A stretch of 64,000 bases of DNA from an uncultured Actinomycetes bacterium (lineage in GTDB: Bacteria > Actinomycetota > UBA4738 > HRBIN12), in assembly GCA_963831325.1 (NCBI GenBank), contig CAWHQA010000025.1, positions 79,738-143,737 of the forward strand. The letters run 5' to 3'. The position numbers and the translations under genes are program-made. Numbering within the stretch: position 1 is the first letter of the stretch; each line of letters starts with the position of its first letter. Shown in pieces: positions 32,900 to 43,474 of this stretch. Below the pieces are notes generated by a model. That model saw only the letters and a program-made list of their open reading frames with translations. It searched no databases and had not been told where the DNA came from.

Positions 32900-34020
32900 C
32901 AGACCTTCTCCGCGTCCCCCGTACCGAGGAGCCCTCCCGGTCGGAAGACCAACACGAGGATCAGCACCAAGAACACGAAGAGGTCACGAAGGGAGAACGG
33001 GCTCGGGATCCCGAACCCGGTCAGCAGCAGCGGAGGACCCAAAGCCTGAAGAAGGCCGATCACGAAACCTCCCAAGGCTGCGCCCCCGATGCTTCCGATG
33101 CCACCGAGAACCGCCGCGGTGAACGCTGCGATGCCGGGGCGAAACCCCATCGTGAACACAACTTGCTGGAACGCGAGCGAGAAGAGCAGGCCGGCGACGC
33201 CCGCCAAGATGCCTCCGACGATGAACGTGATCACCACGACCCGATCGACGTTGATGCCCATGAGGCTGGCGATCTCGCTGTCGGCGGCGACCGCACGCAT
33301 CGAGCGCCCGGTACGGCTCCGGTTCACGAAGAGCTGCAACACCACCATCGCCACTATCGCGGTGATGAAAACGAGGAGCTGCACCTTGGCGACCGAGATC
33401 CCCGCGAGCTCGACCGTCCCATTGAGCACGGTCGGCAGCGGATAGCCTCGCGGCTGCGGGCCGAAGAAGCCGCGGAAGGCGCTCTGGATGAAGAGCGATG
33501 CCCCGATGGCGGTGATCAACGGCACAAGGCGGGGAGCGTTGCGAAGGCGTCGATACGCGATGCGCTCGAGGAGTACAGCGACGAGGGTCGACGCGCTGAC
33601 CGAGACGATCAACAGGATCGTCAGCGCGAGGTAGGGACTCGAGTCGAGGAAACCGCTCTTCAGATACGCATCGGCGAAGAAGAAGGAGATGAACGCGCCA
33701 GCCATGAACACCTCGCCGTGCGCGAAGTTGATCATGCGCAGGATGCCGTACACGAGCGTGTATCCGAGCGCGATCAGCGCGATGATCGCGCCCTGGCCCA
33801 GCCCGTTCACGATCTGATCGATCCAGAAGTCGGCCGAGTACCGCTCGCCTTCGGGCAGGGTGAGGGTCTTGTATGCCCCTGCGATCCCCACGAATGCGAT
33901 CGTGGCACCGAGCACGACCAAGATGATTCGCCGCCACGGGAGGGTGGCGAACCCACCCAATCGCGCGTCGGCGGCCCGTGCAGATCCGGAATCGGACACG
34001 CCCTCGCCCGCCCCTCCCAA
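32899..34020 (-). CDS. livH: branched-chain amino-acid ABC transporter permease
   Basis: The core reads QIVNGLGQGAIIALIALGYTLVYGILRMINFAHGE. There is an N-terminal extension with one TM segment. The start is either TTG 34020 or GTG 33999. Confidence 0.85.
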   Translation of the reverse strand: MGGAGEGVSDSGSARAADARLGGFATLPWRRIILVVLGATIAFVGIAGAYKTLTLPEGERYSADFWIDQIVNGLGQGAIIALIALGYTLVYGILRMINFAHGEVFMAGAFISFFFADAYLKSGFLDSSPYLALTILLIVSVSASTLVAVLLERIAYRRLRNAPRLVPLITAIGASLFIQSAFRGFFGPQPRGYPLPTVLNGTVELAGISVAKVQLLVFITAIVAMVVLQLFVNRSRTGRSMRAVAADSEIASLMGINVDRVVVITFIVGGILAGVAGLLFSLAFQQVVFTMGFRPGIAAFTAAVLGGIGSIGGAALGGFVIGLLQALGPPLLLTGFGIPSPFSLRDLFVFLVLILVLVFRPGGLLGTGDAEKV

Positions 34021-34086
34021 CGATCGGATCCCAGAACGACCGCTCTCGCAGCCGTCCTGGGATCCGTCGTCCTCGCGCTTGCGGAA

Positions 34087-35406
34087 CTACAGGACGTCGT
34101 CGAGCGACTTGACGTCGCTGTAGATGGCCTTCCCATCACCCTGGCCACCGTCGACGGGCCAGTTCGGACCCTCGAAGATGCCGATGGTCACGTCCGTGGC
34201 ACAGTCACCCAGCTCGGTGCAGGTGATGATGCCGGTGAGACCCTCGTAGCCCGACGTCGCGAACACGGCGTCTTTCAGCGCGGTCCGCGGGATCGACAGC
34301 GATCCGTCGTCGTTCACCACCGCCACTTGCTCGATCGCATCGAACAGCACGTTGGCTGCGTCGAACGAGTGGGCGTGGAACACCGAGGTCGGCTCGGAGC
34401 CGAACTGCTCCTCGTAGGCGGGGATGAATTCGTTCGAGTAGAAGTCACCGTCCTGGAACACCGAGATGTCCGGTGAGGACAGGAACACACCGTCGACCGC
34501 ATCCCCTGCGTTCTTGAGTGTGTCGCTGCTCATGCAACCGTCCGACGCCATGATCGTGACGTCGGGCATGATCTCTGCCGCCTGCTTCAGGATCAACGAG
34601 CACGCCGCCACGAACACCGGTGCGTACAACACGTCGGGATCACTCTCGGCGATTGAACGCAGAACCGGCTTGAAGTCGGTGTCCTCGGAATTGATCTGCT
34701 CTTGCACCGTCACGGTGCCGTTGCCGGCCTCGAAGTTGACGGCGGCCGCGGCGGTGAGTCCCTGCGTGTACGGGCTCTCGTCGTGGATCGTCGCCAGCTT
34801 GGTCGCGCCCTGCTCGTTCAACGCGTACTCAGCCACGATCGCACCCTGGATGCGGTCGTTGTGGGCCGTGCGCGCGTAATACGGCTGGTGTGCTTCCTCG
34901 CTCGTCAACGCCGGGTTGGTGTTCGACGGCGAGAACAGCAGGATGCCCTTCTCGGACAGGATGGTGTCGGCGACACCGAGCGCCGCGCTGGAACAGCTCG
35001 TGCCGATGACTGCGACGATCGACGGGTCGGCTGCGAGCGCCGTGGCGCCGGCCTGGCCGCCCTCGGCCGTGCAGAGGTCGTCCTCATGCTTCCACTCGAT
35101 GTCGTGGTCGAGGAGCTTGCCGTCGACGCCGTCGAACTTGCCGTCGAGGTAGTCGCTCGCGAGCACGGCACCGTTCTGACTGTCTTGGCCGAGCGCGACG
35201 TCGGCGCCCGAGATCACCAGGAGCGTGCCGATGCTGATCGGCTCGTCCGCCGCGATCTCGACGGTGCCGAACTCATCGACGGCCGCGGTTTCGGTGTCGC
35301 TGCCAGAGCTGGCGTCTCCGGTGCCTTCGTCGTTCGAACATGCGCTCGCCACCAAGGCGAGCACGGCTACGGTGGCGATCACCGTCAGCCACGGTCGATG
35401 CTTCAT
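34087..35406 (-). CDS. branched-chain amino-acid ABC transporter substrate-binding lipoprotein
   Basis: ATG 35406 gives MKHRPWLTVIATVAVLALVASAC (lipobox). The protein has a type 1 periplasmic binding fold and is intact at 439 aa. It is the first gene of the liv-type operon. Confidence 0.85.
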   Translation of the reverse strand: MKHRPWLTVIATVAVLALVASACSNDEGTGDASSGSDTETAAVDEFGTVEIAADEPISIGTLLVISGADVALGQDSQNGAVLASDYLDGKFDGVDGKLLDHDIEWKHEDDLCTAEGGQAGATALAADPSIVAVIGTSCSSAALGVADTILSEKGILLFSPSNTNPALTSEEAHQPYYARTAHNDRIQGAIVAEYALNEQGATKLATIHDESPYTQGLTAAAAVNFEAGNGTVTVQEQINSEDTDFKPVLRSIAESDPDVLYAPVFVAACSLILKQAAEIMPDVTIMASDGCMSSDTLKNAGDAVDGVFLSSPDISVFQDGDFYSNEFIPAYEEQFGSEPTSVFHAHSFDAANVLFDAIEQVAVVNDDGSLSIPRTALKDAVFATSGYEGLTGIITCTELGDCATDVTIGIFEGPNWPVDGGQGDGKAIYSDVKSLDDVL

Positions 35407-35550
35407 GGGGCCCCCTTCCATCGGTGTTTCGAGACGGGTGTTGGTACCACATCTCGAACGTCCAGGCCAATCACTCCTAAGGACCAGCCTGCACGTGCAT
35501 ACGTGCCAGGAGTCTCCCAGGGATGCCGCGATCTGCGCTCCCGACGGCCT

Positions 35551-36324
35551 TCAGGCGTGCAGCAGGGACCCACGGAACGCCCGGGCCAGCTCGAGCATGC
35601 CTTCGCGGTCACCGTCGACCAGCTTCGCCATGAGCGCGCTGCCCACGATGACACCGTCGGCGAACACGCTCGCCTCGGCCGCTTGCTGGGGCGTGCCGAT
35701 GCCGACGCCCAGCAGCAGCGGGAGGTCGGTCAACGGCCGGATCGAGCCGACCAGCTCTTCGGCCGTGGTGCCGAGCGTCTCGCGAGCGCCCGTGACCCCG
35801 AAACTCGCGACGCAGTAGACGAAGCCTCGGGCTCGGGTAGCGATCGCCTCGAGCCGGGAAGGCTCAGCACCCGGCGCAGCCAGCAGCACCGCATCGATGC
35901 CTTTCGCCGCGCAGGCGCTGGCGAAGGCTTCCGCCTCGTCGACCGGCAGATCCGGCACGATGATGCCAGACACACGAGCCTCGGCCGCTTCGTCGAGGAA
36001 TACGTCGATCCCCCGCCGGAGCACAGGATTGACGTAGGTCATCAGGGCCACCGGCACGTCGAGCGAGGCCTCGCGGATCGTGGCGAACACGTCGGCCGGA
36101 CGCGTCCCTGCAGCGAGCGCGGCTGACGAAGCTTCCTGGATCACACCGCCGTCTATGACCGGGTCGGAATGCGGCACGCCGACCTCGATGGCGTCGGCGC
36201 CGGCCCTGGCGACCGCTCGCAACAGGTCGGCGTCGACCCCCGGGAACCCTCCGGTCAGATAGGGAACGAACGCCTTGCCTCCCCGATCTCGCACCGAGAG
36301 GAGCGCCGTTTCGAGGGCTGCCAT
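35551..36324 (-). CDS. trpA: tryptophan synthase alpha chain
   Basis: 257 aa intact ORF with FVPYLTGGFPG and IEVGVPHSDPVIDG motifs. ATG 36324 overlaps the trpB stop codon by 1 nt. Confidence 0.93.
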   Translation of the reverse strand: MAALETALLSVRDRGGKAFVPYLTGGFPGVDADLLRAVARAGADAIEVGVPHSDPVIDGGVIQEASSAALAAGTRPADVFATIREASLDVPVALMTYVNPVLRRGIDVFLDEAAEARVSGIIVPDLPVDEAEAFASACAAKGIDAVLLAAPGAEPSRLEAIATRARGFVYCVASFGVTGARETLGTTAEELVGSIRPLTDLPLLLGVGIGTPQQAAEASVFADGVIVGSALMAKLVDGDREGMLELARAFRGSLLHA

Positions 36325-37523
36325 CAGCCGTGATGCCCGAGCGCCGCGAGCACGGTGTCGAGATCCTTGTCGCCGCGACCCGAGAGACAGACGAGCACCC
36401 GCGATCCCTCGGGAAGCGGCTTGTGCAGCAGCCAGCCGATGACGTGTGCAGGCTCGAGCGCGGGCAGGATGCCCTCGGTGCGTGCGAGCGCCTGGAACCC
36501 GGCGAGCGCGTCGTCGTCGTTCGCGCTCACGTACTCGGCCAAGCCTTCGTCATGCAGCCAGGAATGTTCGGGGCCGACGCCCGGATAGTCGAGGCCTGCC
36601 GAGATCGAATGCGTCTCGACGATCTGTCCGTCAGCGTCTTGCAGCAGGTAGCTCATGGCCCCGTGCAAGACCCCTGGTTGCCCTTTGGTGATCGACGAGC
36701 AGTGCTCGCCGAGCCCCATGCCGCGGCCACCCGCTTCCACACCGATCAGGCGCACACCGGGGGTACCGACGAACGCGGTGAACATGCCGATCGCGTTCGA
36801 GCCCCCGCCGACGCACGCGACGACGACGTCCGGATCGCCGCCGAGACGTTCGGCGGACTGGCCGCGGGCCTCATCACCGATCACCCGCTGCAGGTCGCGC
36901 ACGAGTTGGGGGAACGGATGCGGCCCAACGACCGAGCCGATGATGTAGTGCGTGTCGGTGACCGAGGCCGCCCAGTCGCGGAGGGCGGCGTTGACGGCTT
37001 CCTTCAGGGTCTTCGTGCCGGCGGTCACGGGCACGACCTCGGCACCGAGCAGCTGCATGCGGGCGACGTTGGGCGCCTGACGGTGCGTGTCCTCCTCGCC
37101 CATGTACACCATGCACGGCAAGCCGAACAGCGCGCACGCGGTCGCGGTCGCCACCCCGTGCTGCCCGGCGCCGGTCTCCGCGATGATGCGTCGCTTGCCC
37201 AGGCGAGTGGCGAGCAGCGCCTGGCCGAGGGCGTTGTTGATCTTGTGGGCGCCCGTGTGCGCGAGGTCCTCACGCTTCAGCCAGACGTCGTAGCCGAGCT
37301 CCGCGGAGAGCCTCGACGCCCGCGTGATCGGCGTCGGGCGGCCCACGAAGTCGCGGCTCAACGCGCCGAGCTCCTCGCGGAACCCGGCGTCGCCGCGGAG
37401 CCTCGTCCAGGCCTCTGCGAGCTCGTCGAGGGCGGGGATCAGCACCTCGGGCACGTAGCGGCCGCCGTGGTCGCCGAATCGCCCCCGCGCGTCGGGAAGC
37501 GTGGTGACGGTCTGGGTGCTCAT
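36324..37523 (-). CDS. trpB: tryptophan synthase beta chain
   Basis: 399 aa intact ORF with [29 protein letters not shown] (the PLP lysine) and GGGSNAIG. Confidence 0.96.
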   Translation of the reverse strand: MSTQTVTTLPDARGRFGDHGGRYVPEVLIPALDELAEAWTRLRGDAGFREELGALSRDFVGRPTPITRASRLSAELGYDVWLKREDLAHTGAHKINNALGQALLATRLGKRRIIAETGAGQHGVATATACALFGLPCMVYMGEEDTHRQAPNVARMQLLGAEVVPVTAGTKTLKEAVNAALRDWAASVTDTHYIIGSVVGPHPFPQLVRDLQRVIGDEARGQSAERLGGDPDVVVACVGGGSNAIGMFTAFVGTPGVRLIGVEAGGRGMGLGEHCSSITKGQPGVLHGAMSYLLQDADGQIVETHSISAGLDYPGVGPEHSWLHDEGLAEYVSANDDDALAGFQALARTEGILPALEPAHVIGWLLHKPLPEGSRVLVCLSGRGDKDLDTVLAALGHHG

Positions 37524-38329
37524 GTCTGGGCGTCTCCTGGCTCATCGGGTCGCGCATCGCTCGACGCCATGAGATGGCGAACGGCCGCACGAGGGTCGCC
37601 GGCCCGCATCAGGGCCTCGCCCACCAGGATGGCAGACGCGCCGGCGTCGGCGGCGGCCTGCACGTCGGCACGCGTCCGCACACCCGACTCGAACACCGCG
37701 ATCCGGTCGCTGGGGATGCGCCGGACCCGCTCGAGCGCGTTCTCGGCGTCGACCTCGAGCGTCTCGAGATCACGCGCGTTCACCCCGATCACTTCGGCGC
37801 CGCTCGCGAGCGCTCGCTCGAGTTCGTCGTCGGCGTGGGTCTCGACGAGCGCGCCCATGCCGAGGTCGCCGGCGATGGCGAGCATCGCCGCGAGCTCGTC
37901 GTCGGAGAGGCTCGCGGCGATCAGCAGCACGGCGTCGGCACCGTGCGCACGGGCCTCGATCACCTGCGCCGGGTGCACGAGGAAGTCCTTGCGCAGCACC
38001 GGCACCGCCACGGCCACCCTGACCGCTTCGAGATCCGCGAGCGACCCGTGGAAATGCCGAGGCTCGGTCAGCACCGAGATCACTCCCGCACCTGCATCGG
38101 CGTACGCGACCGCCTGAGTCATCGGGTCCGCTTCGTCGTCGATCGTGCCGGCGCTCGGTGAGGCGCGCTTCACCTCGGCGATCAAGGTCGGAGCGCCGGC
38201 TCGGAGGGCGGCGATGAAGTCGCGAGCAGGGGGCCGAGCGCTCGCGCGGGCGAGCAGCGCCCCGTCGTCGAGCGGGCGCTCGGCGAGGCGCCGGCGCAGG
38301 TCGGTGACGAAGTCGGTGAGGAAGCCCAT
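37520..38329 (-). CDS. trpC: indole-3-glycerol phosphate synthase
   Basis: 269 aa intact ORF with [16 protein letters not shown] and IGVNARDL motifs. No fused TrpF domain is present. Confidence 0.92.
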   Translation of the reverse strand: MGFLTDFVTDLRRRLAERPLDDGALLARASARPPARDFIAALRAGAPTLIAEVKRASPSAGTIDDEADPMTQAVAYADAGAGVISVLTEPRHFHGSLADLEAVRVAVAVPVLRKDFLVHPAQVIEARAHGADAVLLIAASLSDDELAAMLAIAGDLGMGALVETHADDELERALASGAEVIGVNARDLETLEVDAENALERVRRIPSDRIAVFESGVRTRADVQAAADAGASAILVGEALMRAGDPRAAVRHLMASSDARPDEPGDAQT

Positions 38330-38390
38330 CGGGCTCGCGAGTCTATCGAGGCGTCGCGGCGCATCGGATCGTCGCCGGCACCTCGGCGTC

Positions 38391-39098
38391 TCAGCCGAGC
38401 GCGAATGCTGCCCTCAGGTCGAGATCTCCCTCGAGGGCGGCCCGGCCGACGACCGCCCCGACCGCGCCCGCCCGCCGAACCGAGCGGAGATCGTCGATGC
38501 TCGTGATGCCGCCGGCAGCGAGCACAGGTCTTCCGGCACGGACGACCCGCTTCACCGTCGCGGTATCTGGGCCCTGGAGGGTCCCCACGCGCTGCACCGC
38601 GGTCACGAGGAACGCGTGCGCGCCGCCCGCGACCAGCCACCCGAGCGTTTCGGCGACGGGCAGATCGACCGGCTCGGCGCCGCGCGAGCGGATGCGACCC
38701 TCGTCGATCTCGACGCCGACGACGAGGCGAACGGCGAACCGGCGCATCGCTTCGACCACCGTCGCCTCGTCGCCGAGGGCACCCGAACCCAGCACGGCTC
38801 GGCGGGCGCCGGCGTCCAACATCGCCTGCGCGTCGTCGACCGTGCGGATGCCGCCGCTCGCCTGCACCGGGGGTCCGAGCTCGGCGATGGCCCGCACGAC
38901 GTCGAGGTTGCGGATCGTGCCGCCGAACGCGAGATCTATGTCGACCACGTGGAGCCAGCGCGCGCCTGCGTCGACGTGCGATCGCGCCGCCGCGATCGGG
39001 TCGCCGCCGTGCGACTCGATCGGCGCGGGCCCGTGCGGCGTGTACGTGGCGAGCCGTCCGTCGGCGACATCGATCGCAGGCAGCACCTCGAAGCTCAT
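38391..39098 (-). CDS. HisA/PriA-like (beta/alpha)8 isomerase family protein
   Basis: ATG 39098, 235 aa. The protein has VLPAIDVADGR, HVVDIDLAFGG, QASGGIR and AAGGITSIDDL motifs typical of HisA/HisF-fold enzymes. It lies 61 nt upstream of trpC on the same strand. Confidence 0.75.
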   Translation of the reverse strand: MSFEVLPAIDVADGRLATYTPHGPAPIESHGGDPIAAARSHVDAGARWLHVVDIDLAFGGTIRNLDVVRAIAELGPPVQASGGIRTVDDAQAMLDAGARRAVLGSGALGDEATVVEAMRRFAVRLVVGVEIDEGRIRSRGAEPVDLPVAETLGWLVAGGAHAFLVTAVQRVGTLQGPDTATVKRVVRAGRPVLAAGGITSIDDLRSVRRAGAVGAVVGRAALEGDLDLRAAFALG

Positions 39099-39171
39099 GA
39101 GACACGACCCTACGCGTCCTGGCCTACGGGGAGGGGCCGAAACTGTCGGGTGAGACTGCGATGATGGTCCC

Positions 39172-39840
39172 GTGGTGGACCTCCCCGTCTTCGCTCTGCA
39201 CACCGTGCTGTTCCCCGGCGCCTCGATGGGCCTGCGCGTCTTCGAGCCCCGATACCTGGCGCTCATGCACGACGTTCTCCCCGCGGGAACCTTCGCAGTG
39301 GTCGCGATCAAGCACGGCGCGGAGGTCGGCGGCGACTACGAGGCCAATCGTGTCGGGGCGACGATCGCGATCGATGCCCATGCACTCGAGGACGACGGCA
39401 CGCACACCCTGCGCGTCACCGGCCGCGACAGGGTGACGTTGGTCGCGCCCGTGAGCGAGCATCCCTACCCGGTGTGGAGCGTTGAGCCCTTCCCCGACGA
39501 AGGTGGCGCCGGGACCGACGACGTCGAAGCGGCCGTCGCTGAGCTGGGCCGATACCTCGTGGCCGCGGGCAGGGCGGCGAGGCAACGGCCGGCGCCCGAG
39601 TGGCCCGAATCGTCCGAGACCGCAGACGTGCCCGCCGTGCCGCACGATCCGGTCGCCGCGAGTTACGTGCTCGCCGCAGCGACCCCGGGGCTCGTGCCCC
39701 ACCATCAGGCGCTGCTCGAGATGCGCGGCGCCGGAGAACGGCTGCACGAGGTGCGCGCGACCTTCCGCAGGGAAACCGCGCTCGTGCGAGCCCTCGGTGC
39801 GGGCGTGGGCGGGGCGGGCCTCGATGTGAGCACGAACTGA
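39172..39840 (+). CDS. LON N-terminal substrate-binding domain-containing protein
   Basis: 222 aa. The start LPVFALHTVLFPGASMGLRVFEPRYLALM is the typical beginning of the Lon N-domain (PUA-like). There is no ATPase or protease domain. Confidence 0.75.
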   Translation: MVDLPVFALHTVLFPGASMGLRVFEPRYLALMHDVLPAGTFAVVAIKHGAEVGGDYEANRVGATIAIDAHALEDDGTHTLRVTGRDRVTLVAPVSEHPYPVWSVEPFPDEGGAGTDDVEAAVAELGRYLVAAGRAARQRPAPEWPESSETADVPAVPHDPVAASYVLAAATPGLVPHHQALLEMRGAGERLHEVRATFRRETALVRALGAGVGGAGLDVSTN

Positions 39841-39859
39841 GCTACTAGTCTGCGCTGGA

Positions 39860-42800
39860 CTAGCCCGCGGCCGCCTCGCGACCCCGACCGGTGTCGTCGA
39901 CGACCGGGTCTCGCTCGACGCTGGCCGCCTCGCCGCCGAGCAGCGACCGGAGCTCACCGAGCAACGGTCCGGTGGGATGCACCCGGAAGGTGCCGACCTC
40001 GAGCGGTGTGACGCCGGTCGAGGAGAGGAAGCGCACCCGCACCGGCGCGCCACCTGGGTGGCTCTCGAACAGATCCTTCATGGCCGCGAGCACCGCCGGG
40101 GTACAGGCCGCCGCGGGCAGGTCGACCACGAGCGCGTCGGGTACCGCGGCCGGAATGCCCTCACTGCCGAGATCGGGTTCGCGAACCTCGACCGCGCGGA
40201 TCTGCAGCTCGCGACCGCGGAGGTCGATACGTCCGGTCGCGACCACGATGCGATCGGTCTCGATCATGCCCGGAACCGCCTCGTAGACGCTCGGGAACGC
40301 CACGACGCCGACCCCGCCCGCAAGGCCCTCGAGACGGAACTGCGCGTAGGGCTCACCGCGCTTGGTGTACTTGCGCCCGACCGCGCCGATGATGCCGCCG
40401 ATCGTGACGAGGTCGCCGTCGCCCAGCGAGTCGAGATCGACGATCTCGTGCGTGCACGCGGCCGACAGCGCCTCGCGAACCTCGAGCAGCGGATGGTCGG
40501 TCACGAACTGGCCGAGCATCTCCTTCTCGCGACGCAACAGCTCGCGCTTGTCGAATTCCACGGCGTCGAGCACAGATTCGTCGATGGCACGCGTGCCGTC
40601 GGCGTCGCCGTCACCGACGGCCCCTCCGAACAGGGAGAACTGGCCGGCCGCCTCGGCCTTGCGCTCGGCGAGGAGCGGCGCCGAGACCTTCTCGTAGGCC
40701 TGCAAGAGACCGTGGCGGGTGTAGCCGAGAGAATCGAACGCGCCGGCCTGCACCAACGACTCGAGCACCCGCTTCGTCAATACGCCGGGCTCGACCTTGC
40801 GGCAGAAGTCCGAGAACGAGGTGAACGCTCCTTCGGAGCGCCGGGCATCGATGATCCTGGCGACCACGCCTTCCCCGACGTTCCGCACCGCCGACAAGCC
40901 GTACCGGATCGCGGGGTCGTCGCCGGGCGCCGGCGCGAAGTCGGTCTCGGACCCGTTCACGTCTGGTGACAGCACCTCGATATCCATGCCACGGCATGCA
41001 TAGAGGTAGTAGGGCTTGCGGTCCTTGTCGTCCTTGACCGAGGTAAGGATCGCCGCCATGTACTCGACCCGATGGTGGGCCATGAGGTAGGCCGTCTGAT
41101 ACGCGACCAACCCGTACGCGCAGGCATGCGAGGCGTTGAAGCCGTAGTCCGCGAACGGAGCGATGAGATCGAACAGCTCCTTGCCCGAGCGTTCGGCGTG
41201 ACCACCGGCCACCATGCCCGCCACGAACTTCTGCCGTTGGGCGTCGACCTGCTCGCGGATCTTCTTGCCCATGACCTTACGAAGCGTGTCGGCCTCACCG
41301 AGCGAGTACCCCGCCATGGCAACCGCCACCTGCATGACCTGTTCCTGGTACACGATGATGCCGTACGTCTGCTTCAGCACCGGTTCCAGATCGGGATGCG
41401 GATAGGTCACGGCCTTGCGACCGTGTTTGCGCTCGGCGTACTCGGTGTGCTGGCCCATCGACAGCAGCCCCGGCCTGTACAGGGCGACGCAGGCCATGAT
41501 GTCCTCGAAGCGGTCGGGCTCGAGCAGCTTGATCAGGCTTCGCACGCCTGGGGATTCCATCTGGAAGACACCGGTCGTCTCTGCTCGGCGCAGCATGGCG
41601 TACGTGTCGTCGTCGTCGAGGGCCACATGGTCGATGTCGAGCTCGACGCCTCGAGCGCGGAGATGCCGGAGGCAGTCTTCGATGACGCTGAGGTTGCGCA
41701 GGCCAAGGAAGTCCATCTTCAACAGGCCGAGCGCCTCGACCCCGTTCATGTCGAACTGGGTGACGACCTTCTTCGAATCGTCTCGAGAGTCCTTCGAGAG
41801 CTTGAGCGGCAGGTAGTTCACGAGCGGCGCATCGCCGATGACGACTCCGGCGGCATGCACGGAATCCTCGCGCCGAAGCCCCTCGAGAGCGCGAGCGGTC
41901 TCGACGATCTCCTTGGCCTCGGGCTCACGCTCATAGGCGTTCGCGAGGTCAGGCGAGAGCCGAAGGGCGTCTTCGATCGGGTAGTCGCGGCCCATGACCG
42001 CGGCCGGATACATCTTGCAGAGACGGTCCCCCACGACGGGTGGGAACCCGAGCACCCGGGCCGCATCGCGGATGCCCTGCTTCCCTTTGATCGTCTGGAA
42101 GGTGACGATCTGCGCCACGTGATCCGCTCCGTACTTCTCGGTGGCGTAGCGGATGACTTCGTCTCGACGACGCTCGTCGAAGTCCATGTCGATATCGGGC
42201 ATCTGGATGCGCTCGGGGTTGAGGAACCGCTCGAACAGCAGCCCGTAGCGGAGCGGGTCGAGGTCGGTGATGCGCAAGGAGTAGCTCACCACGGAGCCCG
42301 CGGCCGAGCCGCGGCCCGGCCCGACGCGGATGCCTTGCTCGCGGGCGTACCGGATCAGGTCCCACACGATGAGGAAGTAGCCCCCGAACCCCATCGACGT
42401 GATCACGTCGAGCTCGTGGTCGACGCGCTCGCGGACCTCGGGCGCGATGTCGCTGTAGCGCTGCACGGCGCCCTCGTCGACGAGGGTGCGCAGGTACGCA
42501 TCGCGATCGATGCCCCCCGGCGTCTCGAACCGTGGAAGGTGGTAGCGCTCGTCGGCAGGTGCACGCTCGCCGTAGACGAGGTCGAGCTCGACGCTGTCGG
42601 CGATATCGAGCGTGCGGTCACACGCCTCTGGAGCCTCGGCGAACACATGCCGCATCTCTTCAGCGCTCTTCAGGTAGAACTCTTCCGAATCGAACTTCAG
42701 CCGCTTCAGGTCGGTCTGCACCTTCTGCTGCTGGATGCAGAGCAGCACGTCGTGAGGCTTCGCGTCTTCCTTCAGGGTGTAGTGCAGGTCGTTCGTCGCC

Positions 42801-43447
42801 ACGACCGGGATGCCGAGGTCACGGCCGAGGTCGAACTGCTGGCGAAGGATCTTGTGCTGGTCGCCGATGCCGTGGTCCTGCACCTCGATGAAGTAGTGCC
42901 CGGCGCCGAAGATGTCGCGGTACTCGCTCGCAGCCGTCTGCGCCCGCTCGATCTGACCGTTCAGCAACCGCACCGATACCTCACTCGACAGGCACCCAGA
43001 CAGGCACGTGAGGCCCTCGGCATGCTCGGCCATGAGCTGCTTGTCCATGCGGGGCCGATGGTAGAAACCTTCCAGATAGGCGGCCGACACGAGCTTCAGC
43101 AGGTTGCGATATCCGGTCTCGTTGCGTGCGAGCAGGGTGAGGTGGTGGTACTTCTCCTCGCTCTCGCCGGGATCGCGGTCGAAGCGTGAGCCCGGAGCGA
43201 CGTAGGCCTCGACGCCGATGATCGGCTTCACGCCCGCCTGGCGAGCCGCTTCGAAGAACCGCAGCGCCCCGAACATCGATCCGTGATCGGTGACGGCGAC
43301 GGCGTTCATCCCGAGTCGCTGAGCCTCGGTGAAGATCGTGGGAGCGCCGGGATTCGAGGCGGGCGGCTCGATACGCGCCGCCCCGTCGAGCAGCGAGTAC
43401 TCGGAGTGCACGTGGAGGTGGACGAAGCTGTCGCTGCGCTCGGTCAT
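39860..43447 (-). CDS. dnaE: DNA polymerase III subunit alpha
   Basis: ATG 43447. The PHP domain reads FVHLHVHSEYSLLDGA, followed by the polymerase core and an OB fold. The ORF is intact at 1195 aa. Confidence 0.97.
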   Translation of the reverse strand: MTERSDSFVHLHVHSEYSLLDGAARIEPPASNPGAPTIFTEAQRLGMNAVAVTDHGSMFGALRFFEAARQAGVKPIIGVEAYVAPGSRFDRDPGESEEKYHHLTLLARNETGYRNLLKLVSAAYLEGFYHRPRMDKQLMAEHAEGLTCLSGCLSSEVSVRLLNGQIERAQTAASEYRDIFGAGHYFIEVQDHGIGDQHKILRQQFDLGRDLGIPVVATNDLHYTLKEDAKPHDVLLCIQQQKVQTDLKRLKFDSEEFYLKSAEEMRHVFAEAPEACDRTLDIADSVELDLVYGERAPADERYHLPRFETPGGIDRDAYLRTLVDEGAVQRYSDIAPEVRERVDHELDVITSMGFGGYFLIVWDLIRYAREQGIRVGPGRGSAAGSVVSYSLRITDLDPLRYGLLFERFLNPERIQMPDIDMDFDERRRDEVIRYATEKYGADHVAQIVTFQTIKGKQGIRDAARVLGFPPVVGDRLCKMYPAAVMGRDYPIEDALRLSPDLANAYEREPEAKEIVETARALEGLRREDSVHAAGVVIGDAPLVNYLPLKLSKDSRDDSKKVVTQFDMNGVEALGLLKMDFLGLRNLSVIEDCLRHLRARGVELDIDHVALDDDDTYAMLRRAETTGVFQMESPGVRSLIKLLEPDRFEDIMACVALYRPGLLSMGQHTEYAERKHGRKAVTYPHPDLEPVLKQTYGIIVYQEQVMQVAVAMAGYSLGEADTLRKVMGKKIREQVDAQRQKFVAGMVAGGHAERSGKELFDLIAPFADYGFNASHACAYGLVAYQTAYLMAHHRVEYMAAILTSVKDDKDRKPYYLYACRGMDIEVLSPDVNGSETDFAPAPGDDPAIRYGLSAVRNVGEGVVARIIDARRSEGAFTSFSDFCRKVEPGVLTKRVLESLVQAGAFDSLGYTRHGLLQAYEKVSAPLLAERKAEAAGQFSLFGGAVGDGDADGTRAIDESVLDAVEFDKRELLRREKEMLGQFVTDHPLLEVREALSAACTHEIVDLDSLGDGDLVTIGGIIGAVGRKYTKRGEPYAQFRLEGLAGGVGVVAFPSVYEAVPGMIETDRIVVATGRIDLRGRELQIRAVEVREPDLGSEGIPAAVPDALVVDLPAAACTPAVLAAMKDLFESHPGGAPVRVRFLSSTGVTPLEVGTFRVHPTGPLLGELRSLLGGEAASVERDPVVDDTGRGREAAAG

Positions 43448-43474
43448 GTGCGGTGCGTCGGCTCCCGACCGGAC

